DNA of 64,000 bases from a virus: the IMG/VR virus record IMGVR_UViG_3300043392_000054, positions 1 to 64,000 of that record; one strand, written 5' to 3'. Below the pieces are notes generated by a model. It did not search any database and had not been told where the DNA came from. It worked only from the letters and a program-made list of their open reading frames with translations. The position numbers and the translations under genes were made by a program. How positions within the stretch are numbered: the stretch's first letter is position 1; each line of letters opens with the position of its first letter. Positions 59,744 through 64,000 of the stretch are shown in pieces.

Positions 59744-60505
59744 ATGAAAACAAACATTCTTGCGCCAGTAAATGTATCTGAAAATTCAATCCAATTTTAT
59801 TTAAATGGTAGAGTTTTTGAATTAACGGGCAACCAAATCACTGAAGCTGAAACAATTGAATCAGCTCAATTTTCACAAGCAATTAAAGCATTCGAATCAT
59901 TTGAATTTACAACTGAAAATGTTAAATGGTATCACGGAGTTTCTAGATTTAACTATAATTTAGCAGAAAACAAATTTACTTGGGGTAATACTGAATTATT
60001 AGATGAAAACTTCGCTAATCAAATTATGGCAGGTGGAGCTATCAGATATGAAAATTTAGAAACTGCTCAATTATTCGCTAGCATTCCATCAATGTTAGAA
60101 AGCTATACAGTTTTAGATTTCGTAGCAACATTTGAAGGTAACGGTACAACAGTTGATTTAATGAAAGCTGAAGATAAATTATTCGTAGCTAGATTTAATT
60201 CAAATAATAAAATCTCTAAATTCTTTGAAGCTAAGAACGCAAATGAGGCATTAGAGTACGTTACAAGAGAAACAGGTGAATCTGCTCTTTCATTCTTATC
60301 AGATTTATTAGAGGGTGAAGCTGCTTCTTTAGCACAAACTGAAGCTCAAATTTCTGAAGCTAGAGATATTATCTCATTCTTAAAAGACCAAAGAGAAGTT
60401 ATTTCTAATTATGATAAAACAGTTGCTGAAATTAAAGCGGCAGATGATTTAATCACTTCTGAAATTAAAGTTTGGGAATCTAAAATTGCTGAATTAAAAG
60501 CATAA
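59744..60505 (+). CDS. Hypothetical protein, 253 aa, with a C-terminal coiled coil
   Basis: ORF track; GATATATA at 59709 upstream. Confidence 0.55.
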   Translation: MKTNILAPVNVSENSIQFYLNGRVFELTGNQITEAETIESAQFSQAIKAFESFEFTTENVKWYHGVSRFNYNLAENKFTWGNTELLDENFANQIMAGGAIRYENLETAQLFASIPSMLESYTVLDFVATFEGNGTTVDLMKAEDKLFVARFNSNNKISKFFEAKNANEALEYVTRETGESALSFLSDLLEGEAASLAQTEAQISEARDIISFLKDQREVISNYDKTVAEIKAADDLITSEIKVWESKIAELKA

Positions 60506-60527
60506 TTTTTTTACATTTCATATTTAT

Positions 60528-60551
60528 AAAAGGGACCTAGCGTCCCTTTTT
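60528..60551 (+). terminator. Intrinsic terminator
   Basis: AAAAGGGAC-CTAGC-GTCCCTTTTT. Confidence 0.82.
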
Positions 60552-60609
60552 GTCTTTAATAAACAAAACAAAGATTCTGTGTATAATTAATTAAAAAATA
60601 AGATAAACC

Positions 60610-61017
60610 GTGAATCAAGAAAAGTCAGAAAAACCAAAAGCTCTCAGAAAGAAGAACTATTTAAACAATGCAGATTTTTACGCTGCAATAGTTGCTTCTA
60701 AAGAACAAGATAAGTTAACTAGAGATGCTGAGAAAATGTTAATTTTATTGGCTCAAAAAGCTATCAATAAAATGAAATACGTTGATGAAAAGGACAAAGA
60801 AGATTGCTTACAATTTGCAATTCTTGACCTTTTAAAATATTGGCGTAATTTTAATCCTCAGTATACAAATGCTTTTGCTTATTTTACAGAAATTGCAAAG
60901 AAAGGTTATGCTAAAGGTTGGAACGCAATTCATCCCTTAAAATATAAAGGAACCTTATCCATCGATAGAGCTGGTAGAAAGGATGGAGAAGATGGAAGTG
61001 GTATTTATACAATCTAA
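60610..61017 (+). CDS. gp55: Late-transcription sigma factor, gp55-like (region 2 only)
   Basis: NYLNNADF...DKEDCLQFAILDLLKYWRNFNP...NAFAYFTEI; GTG start. Confidence 0.8.
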   Translation: MNQEKSEKPKALRKKNYLNNADFYAAIVASKEQDKLTRDAEKMLILLAQKAINKMKYVDEKDKEDCLQFAILDLLKYWRNFNPQYTNAFAYFTEIAKKGYAKGWNAIHPLKYKGTLSIDRAGRKDGEDGSGIYTI

Positions 61018-61502
61018 TGTCAATTAAAAACGTTAAACCTACTAAAAACTCTGGTTTTAATCAGGGTTATTTTAATCCACATAATCCACAAAAATATGTT
61101 GGTCCATCTCCTATTATTTATAGGTCATCATGGGAACGTAAATTTATGATATGGTGTGATTCTAATGAAAAGGTTTTAATGTGGTCTAGTGAACCTATTC
61201 AAATAGAATATCATTCTAGACAAGATAATAAGAAGCATAATTACTTTCCAGATTTTTATATGAAAGTATTACAAGCTGATGGTAAAATAAAAGAATTTTT
61301 AGTTGAAATTAAACCAAGTGCTCAAATACAAAAACCAGAACCTCCTAAAACAAAATCTAAAAAAGCAGTAGATTCATATAGATTTTTAGCAGAACAGTAT
61401 GTTAAAAATATGGATAAATATACAGCTGCTAAAGCATATTGTCTTAATAGAAATTGGAATTTCATAGTTCTAACTGAAAAATCAATCAATGGCTTACATT
61501 AA
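61017..61502 (+). CDS. gp4: Head completion protein, gp4-like (TnsA-type endonuclease fold)
   Basis: QGYFNPHNPQKY, YRSSWERKFM..CD, WSSEP, YFPDF and LVEIKP. Confidence 0.88.
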   Translation: MSIKNVKPTKNSGFNQGYFNPHNPQKYVGPSPIIYRSSWERKFMIWCDSNEKVLMWSSEPIQIEYHSRQDNKKHNYFPDFYMKVLQADGKIKEFLVEIKPSAQIQKPEPPKTKSKKAVDSYRFLAEQYVKNMDKYTAAKAYCLNRNWNFIVLTEKSINGLH

Positions 61503-62103
61503 AAAAGAAATTAATAAAATTGTTAAAGATTCAGGCGGGAAAAAGAAAGCCCGCATGTTATCTGAACAATGGTTTAATGATAGTCTTAAATCTAAAAAGA
61601 TTAAAGACGTGGAATTAACGCCAAAACCATTTAAACCGGGTATGATTTACGTTTTTAATTATGTACATCCATTAGGTCAAGACCATCTAGATTGGTGGGA
61701 TAAACATCCAGTTGTATTAGCCTTAATGCCAATTGATAAGTACACGGATTGTGGTATTAATTTAAATTTATTACCATCAAAATTTAGAGAAGAACTATTA
61801 GATAAATTCTATGATGCATTTCATGCTCCAATTAATTCAAACACAAAGGGAGTTAAGAAAAATAATGCAATCTTACAAAAAGCCTTAATAGTTCGATATG
61901 ACAAAATTAAAAAGTATCTAGATAAATTTGGCTTTGGTTTTGCAATTAGAAGGTATAAACCAAACTTAAAAAGAGGTCAAGCTGTTGTTAGTTACGAGAG
62001 TTGGGCTAGAATGGCTCTTTGTGATTTCATTAAATTAAATGGTTCAACAGTTGCAGCAGTGAGACGTATGTTTGTGGAGTATAACGCTAATAGAAATTTT
62101 TAA
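61489..62103 (+). CDS. gp2: DNA end protector, gp2-like
   Basis: PGMIYVFNY...WDKHPVVL...GINLNLLP...AIRRY; adjacent to gp4 and the portal. Confidence 0.7.
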   Translation: MAYIKKEINKIVKDSGGKKKARMLSEQWFNDSLKSKKIKDVELTPKPFKPGMIYVFNYVHPLGQDHLDWWDKHPVVLALMPIDKYTDCGINLNLLPSKFREELLDKFYDAFHAPINSNTKGVKKNNAILQKALIVRYDKIKKYLDKFGFGFAIRRYKPNLKRGQAVVSYESWARMALCDFIKLNGSTVAAVRRMFVEYNANRNF

Positions 62104-62145
62104 GAGAATATATAATAAAATAATATAAAACTTTAATCCATAATT

Positions 62146-63765
62146 ATGGCAGGATTCGTAGATAGAAACGGCCCATTTAGTACAGGTAAACGACAATTTA
62201 ATTTAAGTGATACACTTAAGAAATTATCGTCGTTTGGTATGTATTACGATGACATGGTATTGAGACAATCTCAAGCCATTGGACCAGCTGAGGACCAATT
62301 TGGTTACGGCCAAATGAACTTAATGGGCGTTGATTCAGATGACATTTATGGTGCATTCGCAGCACTTTCGATGGCAGATACAAACATGAGAAAGAACATT
62401 CCGTTCTTTGACATGAATTATAAATCTAAAAGAGAAGAATTAAGACAATTCTCTTTATATGATGAAATCGAGGACATTCTAGACATTTTATGTGATGAAT
62501 CAATTGTATTTGATGAAAAGAATTTCGTAGCAACACCTTCTTTAATTGGTTTAGAAGTTTCTTCAGATGTTACAGAATATTTAAATAAAGCATATAGAAA
62601 CATTTATCAATATTTTGGCTTCGCAGCTGACCAATCTATTTGGTTTTATTTTAGAAAATGGTTAATTGACGGTTATTTATCTTTTGAGATTATTTATAAC
62701 CCAGAAATGACAGAGATTATTGGTTTTAAAGAGATTGACCCAGTTACTTTGGTACCAGCTTATAATAAAGATGATGGTAAAAAAGTTTGGATTCAGTTTA
62801 AAGACGACCCGATTAAAGAGAGAAAGTTATATGATGCACAAATCATCTATATTTCTTATTCTTCTATTACAACAGCTTCTCGTATTTCTTACGTAGAAAG
62901 ATTAATTAGAGCATTCAACTTAATGAGAGTTATGGAACATACTAGAGTTATCTGGGCTGTTACTAATGCCTCATATAGAATGAAGTTTATTATTCCAGTT
63001 GGTGGTAAATCTAAGACTAGAGCAAAGCAATCGCTTGCGCAGTTAATGAATAACTATAAAGAAGTAGTTGACTTTGATTGGGATTCAGGCGTTCTTAAGA
63101 CTAATGGTAAACCAATGCTTCAATTCAATAAGGAATATTGGTTACCTTCTAAGGATGGTGAGCAACCTGAAATTGAAACTTTAGGTGGAGAAGGTCCAGA
63201 GATTAATGATGTTGATGCATTAAAGTATTTTGCCGATAAATTAAAGCACGTATCTAAGATTCCATATAGTAGATTTATGTATGAAGATGGCGGTGGAGAA
63301 AACAATCTAGCTGCAGATGGTATGATTAGAGATGAAATTAAATTCTCTAAGTTTGTAAATCGTTTACGTTCTTCATTCCAAGAAATTTTAGTGAAGCCAT
63401 TATGGTTACAAATGTGTATTAAATTCCCTGAATTTAAAGAAGACCCAGCATTCAAAACGCAAATCTCATTAAGATATAATGAAGAGAACATGTTCGCTGA
63501 AATGAAAATGATGGAGATTATGGAAAAACGTTTAGACTTTATCTCTAAAATGAAGAGCGATTTAATGATTCAAAATCCAATGACAATGGAAGAAGAATAT
63601 TACTTCGATATGGACTTCTTAGTTGATAAGTACCTTAAACTTTCACCAGACGATAAAGCTGCAAACGAAGCTGCTAAAGCTAGAAAGGATGCAGAAAAGG
63701 CTAAAGAACCACCAGCTGACCCAATGGGAATGGGCGGAATGGGAGGAGGCCTAGGAGGATTCTAA
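62146..63765 (+). CDS. gp20: Portal protein, gp20-like
   Basis: EIEDILDILCDESIV, WLIDG, IDP, SYVERLIRAFN...ME...IWAVT, EYWLP..DG...IETL.G and IRDEIKFSKFV.RL. Confidence 0.92.
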   Translation: MAGFVDRNGPFSTGKRQFNLSDTLKKLSSFGMYYDDMVLRQSQAIGPAEDQFGYGQMNLMGVDSDDIYGAFAALSMADTNMRKNIPFFDMNYKSKREELRQFSLYDEIEDILDILCDESIVFDEKNFVATPSLIGLEVSSDVTEYLNKAYRNIYQYFGFAADQSIWFYFRKWLIDGYLSFEIIYNPEMTEIIGFKEIDPVTLVPAYNKDDGKKVWIQFKDDPIKERKLYDAQIIYISYSSITTASRISYVERLIRAFNLMRVMEHTRVIWAVTNASYRMKFIIPVGGKSKTRAKQSLAQLMNNYKEVVDFDWDSGVLKTNGKPMLQFNKEYWLPSKDGEQPEIETLGGEGPEINDVDALKYFADKLKHVSKIPYSRFMYEDGGGENNLAADGMIRDEIKFSKFVNRLRSSFQEILVKPLWLQMCIKFPEFKEDPAFKTQISLRYNEENMFAEMKMMEIMEKRLDFISKMKSDLMIQNPMTMEEEYYFDMDFLVDKYLKLSPDDKAANEAAKARKDAEKAKEPPADPMGMGGMGGGLGGF

Positions 63766-63782
63766 TAAACAATAATAAAAAT

Positions 63783-64000
63783 ATGAAAACTTACATTAAA
63801 ACATTTGAGCAATTCATTTTTGAAAATGATAACTCTGTAAAGGCACCAGATTCTAAAGTATTTATAGATGATGTAACTATTGAATCAGGAGAAACAATTA
63901 AAGCTGCTGAAATTTTAGGTGCTATCACTTCATCTGAAACTGAAGAAGAATTTAAATCTTATTTCTTCGAAACATACGGGCAAAACGCATTTACAGTAGA
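63783..64000 (+). CDS. Partial ORF (3' truncated) with a capsid-targeting-like N-terminus, probably a prohead core/internal protein
   Basis: Translated by hand: MKTYIKTFEQFIFENDNSVKAPDSKVFIDDVTIESGETIKAAEILG...; directly follows the portal gene. Confidence 0.7.
   Translation, partial: MKTYIKTFEQFIFENDNSVKAPDSKVFIDDVTIESGETIKAAEILGAITSSETEEEFKSYFFETYGQNAFTV

Noticed and set aside
2013-63491. Short minus-strand and nested + strand ORFs in the track (e.g. 2013-2237, 27231-27518, 44234-44530, 53535-53861, 63120-63491)
   Set aside because: All lie inside well-supported + strand genes and lack recognisable motifs. They are shadow ORFs.
1-64000. Stop-codon reassignment
   Set aside because: Standard-code ORFs tile the window densely, and TAA, TAG (10949) and TGA (27816, 50710, 54331) all act as stops.
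1-64000. CRISPR array, integrase or transposase
   Set aside because: No regularly spaced nucleotide repeats and no recombinase or transposase motifs were seen.

Overview
A 64 kb, AT-rich segment of a large T4-like (myovirus-type) jumbo phage genome. Almost every gene is on the + strand, and there is no sign of genetic-code reassignment. The order is: baseplate and large virion genes with two paralogous collagen/tail-collar fibre genes (1-24.3 kb); RuvC-like resolvase, gp32, primase, UvsY and UvsW (24.6-30 kb); a block of proteins carrying T4-style capsid-targeting and Glu-cleavage motifs, including a ligase-fold protein and a HIGH-motif nucleotidyltransferase (30-39.1 kb); a probable DNA base-hypermodification cluster (40.2-45.3 kb); a family B DNA polymerase split into two genes about 4.8 kb apart, with nrdB/nrdA, a PhyH-like dioxygenase and the clamp between them; then UvsX, gp41, gp47/46, gp15, gp55 sigma, gp4, gp2 and portal gp20. 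A Bacteroidota (Flavobacteria-like) host is inferred from the RNR type, the TAnnTTTG-like promoters and the DUF5977/SprB-like fibre repeats. The main novel-looking signals are: (1) a genome-wide capsid-targeting/NE-cleavage code marking modular cargo polyproteins and enzymes; (2) a variant thymidine-hypermodification cluster; (3) a GAAAC-N15-TATATAA promoter class ahead of replication operons; (4) two three-hairpin RNA elements sharing AGGACC. All family calls come from motif recognition and recall; no database searches were run.
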